Shown piece by piece: positions 38,340-50,668 of a DNA stretch of 64,000 nt; position 1 is the first letter of the stretch; each line of letters starts with the position of its first letter. The position numbers were made by a program, and so were the translations under genes. Source of the DNA: Heptranchias perlo (lineage: Eukaryota); the NCBI RefSeq assembly GCF_035084215.1, contig NC_090327.1, positions 103,726,001 to 103,790,000 on the forward strand, read 5' to 3'. The notes below the pieces were generated by a model. It saw only the letters and a program-made list of their open reading frames with translations, had not been told where the DNA came from and made no database searches.

Positions 38340-38569
38340 TATAATGGGTCATTTGCTGGCTTTCTCTGCCTTCCGGATGTTTCTGCCTCTCTCTGTTTTT
38401 TTTTCCTGTTTGTTTTTTTGTTGAATGTGTATTCGGGGGTTCTGCAGGTGACACCTCTCTGTCTGAACACGGTGATTGCCTTGGCAACGGGCAGTTGCAG
38501 GGGCAGTCTGTAAACACCATGTATTGTTCTGTGATGTATAAATGCGTAGGCTTCAAGGAGCTCCTGAAC

Positions 38570-38610
38570 ATTTACCTGACGAAGGAGGAAGCCTCCGAAA
38601 GCTTGTGAAT
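38570..38610 (+). ncRNA. Minimal type-I hammerhead ribozyme in the 3' pLTR
   Basis: Identical to 35504-35544, 3066 nt downstream. Confidence 0.8.
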
Positions 38611-38999
38611 TTAAAATAAAATTGCTGGACTATAACTTGGTGTTGTAAAATTGTTTACAATTGTCAACCCCAGTCCATCACCGGCATCTCCACATCATAT
38701 TACACTGGGCAACTGTACCGAACTCTGCAATCTGAGCTGCTCTCCAGATTTTTAATAGGCTACGGACACAGGAAAGGCTTGCTCAGAGAGCTTCACACAT
38801 GCACAAAACTACTCCATTTGATGCTGAAGGGCTACAGGGCCTGTTGCAGGAGGTGCACACCAAAGGAGGCGGCCCTGTTTTGGGCTGAATGCCAGGCCCC
38901 AGTTAAAGTACAGACACAAGCTGCATGGAAGGAGGTCAGCAACTGAGTCAATGAAGTCATTGAGATTCCTCGTACTTGGCTTCAAATGAGGAAAAAGTG

Positions 39000-40335
39000 T
39001 GTTGGTTTCAGGAACTAGGAGAAGATTAATGTGTCCCTCACTTCTGCACATATTTCATTGTGCACAACCATTGCCCTTTTGCACCTACCGTTTTGTTGTG
39101 CCTAAGCTGCACAAAACACTTTTCTTGAAGGTGGAAGTGGCAGCTGAGGAATTGCAAACAGATGCTGAGGCGTCTAGGCCAAGGTGCCTGGGGCTTTCTC
39201 AGTGATGTTAACAATCATTGGTGTGGAGAATAGCCTGGTCTTCTAATTGTCATCAATCAGTGCTTCTTCAAATAATGTGGGCACTGTGGAATGTCACATA
39301 ATAAAGGCATCATGGCTGCTTCCTGGGCAATAGCCACTGACATGCATCATGATGTTTCTGTGGTCAGATATCACCTGAACGTTCACTGAGTGCAAATCCT
39401 TTCTCTTCATGAACAGCATAGGGATGATATGAACAACCCTGATGTTTACATGGGGACCACTTGAAACTCTTTGCACTCAAGTAAACTCTGCCACCTCAAG
39501 AAAGCTCTGCACCTTGTCCAGCTCATGCCACCTCTCCACAGGAGCAGTGATGGAGGGTTTGCTCCTCGACAGACATAGCAGCTGTCCCTTCCCCGATAGA
39601 TGTGTGCACCGTAGACTGCCTGATCTGGCAGATGTTTCCTGGAGCGTCTTGGAAGAATACAGCAGCAAAGCTTCATGTTGTGGTAACCTTCACTTCTATG
39701 CCCCAGATCCAGGTGTTATACACAGGTCATTATGCAGCACTCCTCTGATGTGTCTAGCTGCAGGTCCCGAGGTAGTGATGGGCTTTTCCGGAATGCCTCA
39801 AGCGCTGTTGCACCTATATTTGTGAGTCGATTATGAATTTCTTTTTCTCATCTCATTTATGCAGCATGTTCAATTCCTCAAAAAGAATACTCATCCTCGT
39901 CTCAATCCGCCAGTATGCAACAGTGTTGGTTTGGGGGGAGAAAAGAAAACAAAAATGAAGGACTTCCCTACAAAATCAACTAATGAATGGAACAAACAAA
40001 AGATGAAATCCCAACTACAACAGAATAATGTCACTATCTTGCTTTAAGAGCCCTGCTCCAAATAATGAGCTTCCCAGAACTCTTTTTACAGACAAGGTCT
40101 ACACTATAGGTGATGCCTCACTTGATCTCGTGAAACTTGATGGGGTACCATCCTGCACTCATTTAAATATATATTTCAGGCCCCATTCTTACGTGTAGCA
40201 CGTCATCTAAGAAAGGGCCCAAATCACGCCAAATCGACGAATTTGACGTGCAACTTTGCACGTCCGAGTTTATGACCTTCACTCTCAGAACCTTCACAGG
40301 CATCACCAGCAGGGTAGGCCCCTACAAAATTTATT
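39000..40335 (-). mobile_element. Old Harbinger transposase remnant
   Basis: ORF 39294-39476(-) FMKRKDLHSVNVQVISDHRNIMMHVSGYCPGSSHDAFIM matches the HARBI1/DDE_Tnp_4 motif N/RKG.HS.NVQ...PGS.HD. Confidence 0.7.
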
Positions 40336-40497
40336 CGTATATGTAGCCTACAAAGCTCCATGATATACATCTAGGTGGCTCATGAAGACAAAAAGCTTGG
40401 ATACTTCGACCTTAATCCACCCTTGGGAGGGGGGGCGGGGGTAGGTGGCAGGAAATAAATATGCTTACCAGTTGCCATCCAAGGTCAAAAACACCTT

Positions 40498-40626
40498 GAG
40501 GTGAGATTGGTCTTGGGCGTTGTACACCTTACTCGATTTTCTTTACCATTCACTTCAGTGGAAAAGAAAATGGCTGCCAATCGCTATCACCCGTTCTCGG
40601 TCACAGCCCAAGACCAATTTCGCCCC
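40498..40626. mobile_element. Short MITE with about 21-bp terminal inverted repeats
   Basis: 5' gaggtgagattggtcttgggc versus reverse complement of the 3' end ggggcgaaattggtcttgggc. Internal quasi-palindrome ttttctttacca...tggaaaagaaaa. Confidence 0.7.
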
Positions 40627-41879
40627 TCCTTTAGTAGAAAAGCTTGTTGCAATTTATAGCACAATTCACTGACTGAAAATGTGTATACCAACTTTGAGGT
40701 GCCTACTTCAGGAAAGCTGAAAGCAGAGGCCCAGGAGAACGATTTGTGAGGTAATATAGGTTAAAGCATGACATTTTATCATGAATTTTTAAAAAAACTT
40801 GATGGTATGGCTTCCACCCAAAAATCCTAACTAGAGGCAGTCTGAACTTACATCCGACCAATACTAATACTCAGAGATTTTGATGAGTTCAAATAGAAAA
40901 CCTTTGGAGTGTTCTTCACACCTTATAGGAAGCAGATATAGAAGTCTTGTTGGATATTAGAAGGATTATGATACTGTATCATAATACATAATAACAGTAG
41001 AGAAAGTGTAAAAGCATGCTTATGTAATTCCATTCTCCATTATTTTAACTAAAGCATATCTGAACAATATGCTTATTAAAATAACATATAGAGGAGGGTC
41101 ACCTGATCATCTTGAAATCTTTGTTACTAATATAGCAGAGAGCCAGCTTCAACTCTCAATGATGGCCAGTTCCTGGGAGCCACCATCAAAGGAAAGAGCT
41201 TTTTCTTCATATAAAAACGCAGGCACAATCTTTGCTCGGGACAGTCGGGACTTTCCTTGCAAAATTACCAGCATAGTTCAACATCAGTGTGGCTGCAAAG
41301 TGGAAACCACCTTGAAGCAGCATTAAGTTGCAGTATAAATGCAGCATACACCTCCAAGTATGGACTGACCAATGCACTGTAAAGCCTTAGCAAGACTTCT
41401 GCAGGCAAGTAGGCAAGTATTACACTCCTCTGGCAATATATTCCACCCTCCTACTCCTCCCTGGCCACCAATCCCCAACCCACCCAAACCCCAGTTGCCC
41501 CTCCTCACTTACCTGAGGACCACTGCTAGTGTCGCAGTAGTCTGATTTTCAACGACATTTCACCAGGCGAGCTGTTTCTTACGCTTCACAGTTCACCTGC
41601 TTCATGGAAATGAGGCCCAATATAGGGGGCGCCTCAACTGTACCATTCAGGCACAGGGATTGTACCCTGCGTCCTGCACCCAACCCCTGCCATGCTCCTA
41701 AAAATGGGAGCACCCAAACTTCTAGGCCATAATGTTTGCTTTATAGGAATGTTTGGATAAAGGAAACATGGTGGGAGATACTCAGTCCTATAATAGGGTT
41801 TTTATATGTTGAAAGAAATTGCATGTGTAGCCACAAACTACAATTATTTGTGGCAAAAAGCCAAATGTTTCAAGATAGG

Positions 41880-42123
41880 GGCCCAGGCTCTCGCACCCCT
41901 TTGATTGAGGCATAATTCCAGCAGTTTGAATAGTACGAAATGGCAGTGAACACGTCAGAGGTGAGTGTATTTACCACACACGCACCCACCCACATATGGG
42001 CAGGCGTAGCTTCCTCTGACCGGACCGGCCACCGGAAACTAGCAGGGAGTGGCTTTCCACCTCCATTTGCCCTGCATCTGCCAAGCAATCAGTGGTAGGG
42101 GGGAGAGGAGGGAAACCTAGGCC
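41880..42123. mobile_element. Possible MITE about 100 bp from a PDE1C donor site
   Basis: GC-rich block with imperfect termini ggcccaggctctc / gggaaacctaggcc. Confidence 0.4.
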
Positions 42124-42221
42124 AGGGTATCTTAATAACTCTCCGTATTTCAACAACACAGCTTGGGACTGATCCAAAAACTTAGAAAGGGCCTCCAGCT
42201 ATACTGCTCTGTGTTTCTTAC

Positions 42222-42350
42222 CTCCAGTCATCCTTGGAAAGATTGAACAGGATGTTCATCTCCTCATCCTCCTCTAGCAGACGATAAGCTGCACTGACAT
42301 GATGATTCTCCAGCACTGATCGGTCATTGTACAGAATAGCTGAATCGGAC
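42222..42350 (-). CDS. PDE1C: PDE1C coding exon (129 nt): SDSAILYNDRSVLENHHVSAAYRLLEEDEEMNILFNLSKDDW
   Basis: aag acceptor and gtaag donor. PDE motif A.LYNDRSVLENHH. In phase with the exons on both sides. Confidence 0.95.
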
Positions 42351-43849
42351 CTTCCAATTAAAGACAAAAGTGTATGTTAGTTGACACCAATTAATATAAA
42401 TAGGGCTACTCATTCATTTAATGTGCTAGGAAAAGCAATTGAGTTCTCATGTTTTGAACATCAAAGTACCATTTTATATTTATCTGTTTTTCAATTCAGT
42501 TCCAAATTGGTTAACATCGGAAACATGTGAATTTTACACAGTGTAAAGTGATCTCTTTATGTTCTTTCTGTGATCTTTAATCCAGTAAAGAGATCAAAGC
42601 AAATTTACTTGGCACCTTGCAACACAAATGAGTTGATTACTCCCCATTCAAATATTAATATTTAACAAATGTTATGCAGCTTACTGTATAGTGTTATATG
42701 TTCCAAGGTCTTTGCTTGTATTATGATTATGATATTATTAAGCAGCATTTCTGAAACTCAATTAATAGCAACATGATAGGGACTATGGCTGTTAAACAAT
42801 TGCTGAGCACAGGGGTTGCTACTCTCAAGGTGCTGCAGAAAGGGAGCAGCCTAATATACAAAGCAATGGGTTGGTGATTATACTGTCCCAATGAGGGCTC
42901 ATAGAACTAATGTTAGTCAAAGAGTAGAAAGTCAGTGATCACACTAACCAGTTGAAAGGCCAGAGACACAAGATAGGCAAGTCAACAATGGAACAGGGTG
43001 AAGGTTATATGGTCACCAGGATGGAGGCCATGTCACCAGCCATACTGATCAGCTAGGGGCTAAAATAAGACAGTAGCTTGGGTCTGCAGGTCAGCAGATT
43101 AGTAATCATATTGACCCACTTTGGGATTTACAACAGATCAGGTTATTGGCAATAATTGTAATACTGACCAGTCATTGGTAATACTGACTGGTCACTGGTA
43201 ATTCTGACCTGCAATCTGCTACCGCTCTTTCAATGGTATATACTTACTGGATCCAAAACATATATATTTAATGGTTCACTATGAAAATAGCCTGGAATCC
43301 TGACTTCTACAGGACTGGACTCCTGAAACAGATGAATTTGTTTACTTTTTAAAAGAACAGCTTCATTTGCCATATGGGCTTGATGATTTGTTCTTCCCCA
43401 CTCACAGACCAGCAGTGATAGAGTTAAGTAATCACCATAGTCACAGTGCATAGCCTGCAGTGAGGATATTTAAATTTTAAGTTTGTGCCTGGGAGAAGAA
43501 AATGTTAACATTGACGACAGTGAATTATCTGTCATTACCACTTTATGCCGTGTGAGATATTTTGGTACTTCTGGGCGACAATGTAACACGGGAGAATAGA
43601 AAGTGCTGTGATTAAACAAAATATTTACAGTCCCATCGCTGGAATCATTCCACATACCATTAGAGATCTCAACCAGAATTAAAGTTTACGCCTAACTTTG
43701 TAATTACTCAGCTGAAGTGCAAGAAATGAACGGAACATGGGCCACAGAATCAGGCCCATAGTGTTACAGCTCAATCTCTATAGAAGCTCCACACAAGGCC
43801 GAAGCCTGGCCAAATGATTCCTGCATTATAAACAGATTATATGATGACC

Positions 43850-44230
43850 TTTTATTTCTTCTCAGGATGTGGGTGGTACTGGGAAGTACACAATTTATTG
43901 GCCACCCTGAGAGGGGGATGGGAGGCCGTCTTCTTGATTCGCTGCAGTTCTTTTAATGGCAGCAAAGGTTTATACAACTGAGCAGCTTGCTAAACCATTT
44001 TAGAGTGGGATTAAGAGTCAAGTGGAGGCCACATCCAGTAGGGGTGGCAGGTTCTTTTCCCTGATGGACATTAGTGAAACAGTTGGCAGCTTTCATGGTC
44101 ATTTTCTCGGATGCCAGCAGACAAATGACCAGATTTATTGAAGTCAATTTAACAACCTGCCATGGTGGGATTTGAACTCGTGACCTCTGGGTTCCTAGTC
44201 CAAATACTATAACTATTACACTATTGTACT
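43850..44230 (-). mobile_element. tRNA-derived SINE (MetaSINE-like core) with a LINE-derived tail
   Basis: Minus-strand B-box gagttcaaatcc. Core ttcactaatgtccatcagggaaaagaacctgcc resembles the Meta domain as I recall it. Tail matches the 3' end of the LINE at 49885-49998. Confidence 0.65.
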
Positions 44231-45754
44231 CTGCAATAACTGACCTGATAACTCATGAGTTACTAAGCGATATGCAGCTGTGGGATATAATCTATGTCTC
44301 ACATTCGATGCTGACACCAGTCACTCACAAGTTATCAGGTCACTCCAATTGTAAGATATATGATCCCAACATCTGCACCGCTGAACTCTGTCGTTGACCC
44401 CACTGAAGTTCACAGAGTCAGGGGAGGGTCCTCGAGGAACAGGCCTTTGATGGTTTAGAGGTGTCCTACTCCCCCAACTGGAGATGCTGGAAATACCAGG
44501 TGGTCTGGGTGGGGTTGGGGGGGGGGGGCGGGTTTGCCAGGTTCTGCTCCCAGAAAGCTGATGGTCGTAATCCCACTTTATACATTTTAAAACATTCATC
44601 TTTGAACTGCAGTAATTCAGGCCCCGATCTCTGCCTCGACCTCCTGGTGGGCTACACCTGCACTGGTTCAAGCGGGGTACATCTGATGAGACCAAAGCAT
44701 TCTGCCAATGCTTCGCCAGGTCCTGACTGAGGCTTAGGGAATGAGGATTCCAGATTCAGGGAATCCCTTTCCCTCTTCCTTACATCGATGACCTTGGAGG
44801 GGTGAATGGAGGCCTTTCCGACTACCTGCTCTTAAGGCCGGGATCCAGCGTATCCTACGGTGGGAGCACTCCAGAACGACCAAGCAATTTCAGAGCTAGG
44901 GTTTCCTATGGCTACTTAACCTCTGTCTATATCTCTTATGGATAAAATCTCATTTAATATTGTTAAAAGTGTTTGCCTCTAAACTGCAGGTTGTGATGAC
45001 TTCAAAGGCTGAACTGAGCCAAACATAAAACAAATTACTTAAAAAATAATCTGAGCATCTGTTGTCACTCAGGTGCAATTGGAAAAGAAATTATTATGAA
45101 TTAATTTGGAATGATGCCGGATATTTTCTGTGGTAAAATAGGATTTTTCCTTCTTATCTTACATTTTCTCTCCTTTAACTGTGACGCAGTCTCACCAACA
45201 TCAATCTCCCCAAGTCAATGGGACAAATACAACATGCTGCCTGGTGATTAATTCCAGCTTGGATCTCTCACAGGTCAAAATAGTGATTGAAGAAAAACAT
45301 CAAAGAAAAGGCTTTTATCCTTTATGTTCCCTGCCAGACTGTCACTTAAAATACATGTCAAAGCATCTTTTAGTTTTACAGTAATTGGGTGTTGCTATCC
45401 CAAAAAATGAAAAAGGAGAGCATTTATCATTTTGTGTTAATGAAAAGAGATGATGGTCACATCCTGTTCCAGCAGGCTCCCACTGTAAGTTTGCTGGGAG
45501 TCTGCCGGAGAGGCCACAAACTCGGCCAGGACCTGGAAACGTGGGTCCCGGTGTTAAGGCAGAGCCCCTAGAATGGCCTTGTGGGGGTGGAGTGGCCCAC
45601 CCTTACAAGGCCATCGACGTAAAGTGTGAGAGGGGGAAATTCCCTCTCCAAGGCCCTCCATCGAGAACCAGCGTATGATTGATGGAGGCACATTTGGTCC
45701 TACTTGGCCAAATGGGGCAGAAGAGCCTGCCTGGGGGTCTAGGCTAAGATCAGG

Positions 45755-46206
45755 GTATATCGCGCCGTTCACAATCTCATGATGTCTCAAAGTGCTTTAC
45801 AGTCAATGAATTACTTTTTGACGTGTAGTCACTGTTGTAATTTAGGAAACACGGCAGCCAAGTTGGGCACAGCATGGTCCCACAAACAGCAATGTGATAT
45901 TCACCAGATAATCTATTTTACTGATGTTGGTTAAGAGATAAATATTGGCCAGGACACCGGGGAGAACTCCCCTGCTTTTCTTCAAAATAGTGCCGTGGGA
46001 TCTTCGATGTCCACTTGAGAGAGCAGAAGGCGTCTCGGTTTAACGTCTCATCTGAAAGATGGCACCTCCGACAGTGCAGCACTCCCTCAGTACTGCACTG
46101 AAGTTTCATCTTAGATTTTGTGTTCATGTCTCTGGAGTGGGACTTGAACCCACAACCTTTTGACTCAGAGGCAAGAGTGCTACCAACTGAGCCACGGATG
46201 ACACCC
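45755..46206 (-). mobile_element. DeuSINE (SacSINE1-like)
   Basis: Reverse-complement homolog of 2966-3405, with A-box tggctcagttgg and B-box ggttcaagtcc. Confidence 0.82.
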
Positions 46207-46953
46207 AAAGCAAACACTACATGCAAGCTTCTCCCCCTAACACCTGATGGTGCTTCCAGCACAATCTACAGCACTGATACAATTTAGAAAAGATGGATTT
46301 ACTAGTGCAGGGTTTCCCCCCACCTCGGTAAGAAGAGGACAATATTACTTTGTCACTGGAACGTGTCTCTTTCAGGACATTTATCATTTCACAGCACCAC
46401 AGGTCTTCCCTATGACTACTGTGGTCTCAGTGATTATGAATCTGCTCTGTGTGCTGCCAGTGTGTCTTTTCTCCTTTCCTCATGGTGCAGGAGATTGTGC
46501 TGATGTCAGTATTAATGCTGATGCAAGCAGTACCATGAATTTATCCAGTATATGCATGTGTAGAGTTGAAGTGGAGCTTTCAGGCAGTGCTGCTTCCCCC
46601 AATGGGTCAGTAGGTACTTTCTGGGGTAAAGAGCCATACAGGGTCACCCCCTTGGAAACTGCTGGTCATGCATCAGAAATGGTGATCATAAAATTCAACC
46701 ACTGTCTCTTCAGAGTTAGGGGATCTCAGCCAAGAAGACATTGATGGAATAATAACTGCCTCAACGTCCTTGGGTTTGATAGCAGGGCAGATCCACCAGG
46801 GATTCTGCTCCTGATCACTCTCCAGTGACCTTTGCTGGAAATATATTTCTCTCTGGATGCCAGGTGAGGATAGAGTCAGGTTTAGCCATGATGCCCCTAT
46901 GATTCTATAGCATGTTGACATTCACTGTCCAGGCTTATATATGAGGAAAGGCC

Positions 46954-47195
46954 ATGTGTGTATGTCTATATGTATATATGTGTGTATGTATATGTATATA
47001 TGCGTGTGTATGGGTGTAAATGTATGTGTGTATGTATGTGTACGCATGTGTCTGTATATGTACGTGCATGTGTAGGTGTCTATGTGTATATGTTTGTGGG
47101 TGTGTATGTATACATGTGTGTGACTACATATATACGTGTGCATGTATGTGTGTGTGTCTATATGTATACATGTATGTAAATGTTTGTGTGCGTCT
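46954..47195. repeat. Imperfect (TG)/(TA) alternating purine-pyrimidine microsatellite
   Basis: About 240 bp of mixed tg/ta/cg dinucleotides. Confidence 0.9.
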
Positions 47196-47471
47196 CTGAG
47201 GTGCTTTTTCCTTTGGAACGCTTCCTCATGATCGTCCACCTTCAGCGAACAAATGAAATGATTATTGTGGGTAAATGAGAATTATTTATGTAGTGTATGC
47301 TTTGCAACGCACAGCCTCACAGTATGATGAAACATAAAATGATGAATAAGATATCAGCACTAAGAATTCAGCAGGAGCCTCTTGATATTGATTGAATGGG
47401 GAATTTGCTAAAGGAACAAACTGTGAATGGGTTTTCTACAGAAGAGAGTAAATCATTAATCTATAAGTTAC

Positions 47472-47572
47472 CTGGTCTGAATGTGGAAATTGTTTGTAGT
47501 TCCCGTGTGCTCATAGTCGTGAATAGCAGCTGCAAATATCATGGCGAAGATTTCCAGTTCTGTCATCCAGTG
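47472..47572 (-). CDS. PDE1C: PDE1C coding exon (101 nt): HWMTELEIFAMIFAAAIHDYEHTGTTNNFHIQT
   Basis: ttttgtag acceptor and gtaac donor. Class I PDE signature HDYEHTGTTN. Confidence 0.96.
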
Positions 47573-47870
47573 CTACAAAACAAATCAGATGGGTAATGGA
47601 TTATGTGCTGTTCTCATATGGATTCAGTCAAAAGGTTCCCCTGCTGATTCAGACCACGAGCCAATAATGCAGAGCACGCTTTAATGCCACTTCCCTGCTG
47701 CAGCACTAATAACAAAGTTAGAGGCACACATTGCAGCCTTGGTGGGGGTGGGGGGGGGGGGGGGGGGTTGGTGGTGCTGTGTTTTAAACATTTTTACACT
47801 GGGAAGAGATGGATTCATACAATTACACAGAAATCTAAATCTATTCGCAATTATGTAGTGCAGCTTCAGA

Positions 47871-48080
47871 GTGTGTACACTGCCTGTGTGTACACTGTTT
47901 CAGAGTATGTATTACATCAGTTTGTGTATACTGTTACAAGAGCACGTACTACATCAATGCGTATACAATGTTACAGAGTGTGTACTACATCAGTGTCCGT
48001 ACACTGTTAGAGTATGTACACATCAGTGTGTGAACACTGTTACAGAGTGTGTGCTACATCAGTATGTGTACACTGTTACT
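47871..48080. repeat. Minisatellite, about 36-bp unit (cagtgtgtgtacactgttacagagtgtgtactacat), 5-6 copies
   Basis: acatca recurs at 47914, 47951, 47987, 48020 and 48056. Confidence 0.85.
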
Positions 48081-48342
48081 ACACCTCAGGGCAAACAGGA
48101 ATTAACAAGAAATGCGAATGTCATCCACATCCCAGGAACAAATAAAAAAATGTGTTCTTATTCACAGGGGATAGAAACTCCCTTGAGAATCCATAAAGAA
48201 TTTCAGAAGAAACAGTTATCATTTGCAATTCAGTGATGCATTTTTGAAATCCTAAGGTTGGGGGTGGACTTGCAGATTTCCCAATCTGTATACTTGTATA
48301 TTGAGAAATTGCCCAACAGCTCAGATCTAAAAAAAATTTTTT

Positions 48343-49999
48343 GAGGTGAGAGTGACTGCCCTTGACATCAAGGCAGCATCTGACCGAGTGTGGCACCAAG
48401 GAGCCCTAGTAAAATTAAAGTCAATGGGAATCAGGGGGAAAACTCTCCAGTGGCTGGAGTCATACCTAGCACAAAGGAAGATGGTAGTGGTTGTTGGAGG
48501 CCAATCATCTCAGTCCCAGGATATCACTGCAGGAGTTCCATTCAGTTCCATTTGCAACTCTCTCTCTCTCTTTCACTTTCTCTCTCCCCTTTTTTTCTCT
48601 CCCTCTCTTCCCCTCTCTCTTTCTCACTCTGTTTCTCTCTCCCTTTCTCACTCGGTGTTTTCTCTCTTTCTCAGCTCTGTTTCTCTTCCCCCTGAATAAT
48701 TAATGTCCTCAGTGTTGCTCTTTATTTTGCTCTTGGTTTTCTTCTAGGAGTCATATTCTCCTTCTGGTATTTCCCACTCTCACTGCCTCATGTCCTCGCT
48801 GCTCTCTATTTCAAAGCTTCTTCATGTGTGCAATAGCCTGCATAACCAGTAATCAAAACCCTTCACATCCCACTGGCAGCAGATGCACTGCACTGCTGTC
48901 AAACTATCTCACGTCTGCACAAAAAACCTACAAACACAATTTGAAATGATTCAGAATTGAAAATAAAGCTTGCCAGTCCAAACAAAATATGTACATAAAG
49001 AAAGCAAAGAATTACAGGAAGTAACCCAATGCGGTATGTTTTCTATAATTAACTGTTTACCGTAAATATCTTTTACCAAGGTTTGCTGGCAGTCTGAATG
49101 GTTGGAAGCACAATATAATCTAATAACCTCATCACTCAAATAATGAAGCAGTCCGAGCCCAAATGCAACAAGACATGGACAACATTCAGGCTTGGGCTGA
49201 TAAGTGGCAAGTAACATTCGTGCCAGATAAGTGCCAGGCAATGACCATTTCCAACAAGAGAGAGTCTAACCACCTCCCCTTGACATTCAACGGCATTACC
49301 ATCGCCGCATCCCCCACCATCAACATCCTGGGGCTCACCATTGACCAGAAACTTAACTGGACCAGCAATATAAATACTGTAGCTACAAGGGCAGGTCAGA
49401 GGCTGGGTGTTCTGCAGCGAGTGACTCACCTCCTGACTCCCCAAAGCCTTTCCACCATCTACAAGGCACAAGTCAGGAGTGTGATGGAATACTCTCCACT
49501 TGCCTGGATGAGTGCAGCTCCAACAACACTCAAGAAGCTCGACACCATCCAGGACAAAGCAGCCCACTTGATTGGCACCCCATCCACCACCCTAAACATT
49601 CACTCCCTTCACCACCGGCGCACAGTGGCTGCAGTGTGTACCATCCACAGGATGCACTGCAGCAACTCACCAAGGTTTCCTCGACAGCACCTCCCAAACC
49701 CGCAACCTCTACCACATAGAAGGACAAGAGCAGCAGGCATATGGGAACACCACCACCTGCACGTTCCCCTCCAAGTCACACACCATCCCGACTTGGAAAT
49801 ATATTGCCGTTCCTTCATCGTCGCTGGGTCAAAATCCTGGAACTCCCTTCCTAACAGTACTGTGGGAGAATCTTCACCACACGGACTGCAGCGGTTCAAG
49901 AAGGCGGCTCATCACCACCTTCTCAAGGGCAATTAGGGATGGGCAATAAATGCCAGCCTCGCCAACAATATCCACATCCCATGAACGAATACAAAAAAA
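48343..49999 (+). mobile_element. CR1/L2-group LINE of a different lineage (RT 3' half and 3' UTR), split by an inverted templated insertion
   Basis: 48346: RVTALDIKAASDRVWHQG...ITAGVP. 49163: MQQDMDNIQAWADKWQVTF...YKAQVRSVMEY. Ends gaacgaatacaaaaaaa. Confidence 0.88.
48558..49136 (-). repeat. About 580-bp inverted duplicate of 50669-51241
   Basis: Base-by-base reverse-complement match with few substitutions and small indels in the CT/GA-rich end. Confidence 0.93.
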
Positions 50000-50668
50000 T
50001 CTAAAATGTGGACAAAATGTGACTGTTTACTGAACAGGGGTAAAAGTAGGGAAGATGCAGAGCAAATGCTGTCCTCCTAGATCATCCATACACATCAGTA
50101 TGCTAAAACCCATATTTACTGTAAATTGCACTTTGTATCTTGAGGGCCCTCTATCTGAGTGCTGAACCCAGTGTTTCCAGAATCTGGAGCGTTAAGTGAG
50201 ACGTTCCTACCAGTTGACTGTTTTGTCGATGTAAGCAATTTCTGGACTCAGAAAAAAACAACTTGAAAGCTTTTGCATAAATATGTGAGGAGGTTTGATC
50301 GAAAAGTGTTGTGTCGTGTTTGGGGGTGAGAAATGCCAGGGATCAATCTCAAACCGGACCAGCTGGTTCCAATCATTGACAGGGCCTGACGAATCTTGCT
50401 GAAGGCCCCCAAAATGCTAAGACCAATGGTGTAATTTCAACACTGAACAACACGGATATGCAGGGCTATTAATTGAGGTGTTCAGGCAAAAATAATCACT
50501 CCGAGGGATTATAATTTATCATATCGGTACTGTTATTAATTCACACAAAGTGTTCTTCATACAGAATATTCTGTACTATGATGCAGCAAACCTGTAATTT
50601 TAACTGATCTGCACATTAACACCATCTTCACTGGGGCAATAAGAAAAAGTGACATTTCTGGAGGAAAA

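Larger units (their letters stand above)
34249..38698 (+). mobile_element. Intact Penelope-like retroelement (Neptune-type) with direct pLTRs and an inverted 3' duplication
   Basis: 248-bp direct repeats 35385-35632 and 38451-38698. 1136-bp inverted copy 34249-35384 of 37524-38659. TSD catattacactg at 34239-34250 and 38696-38707. Confidence 0.96.

Noticed and set aside
44683-44720. CTGATGAG as another hammerhead core
   Set aside because: No stem II-GAAA or stem I partner follows.
47871-48080. CRISPR-like array
   Set aside because: The units are contiguous with no unique spacers, there are no cas genes, and the context is vertebrate.
46922-48703. His/Thr-, Val/Cys/Tyr- and Ser/Leu-rich ORFs
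   Set aside because: These are translations of microsatellite, minisatellite and CT-rich tracts.
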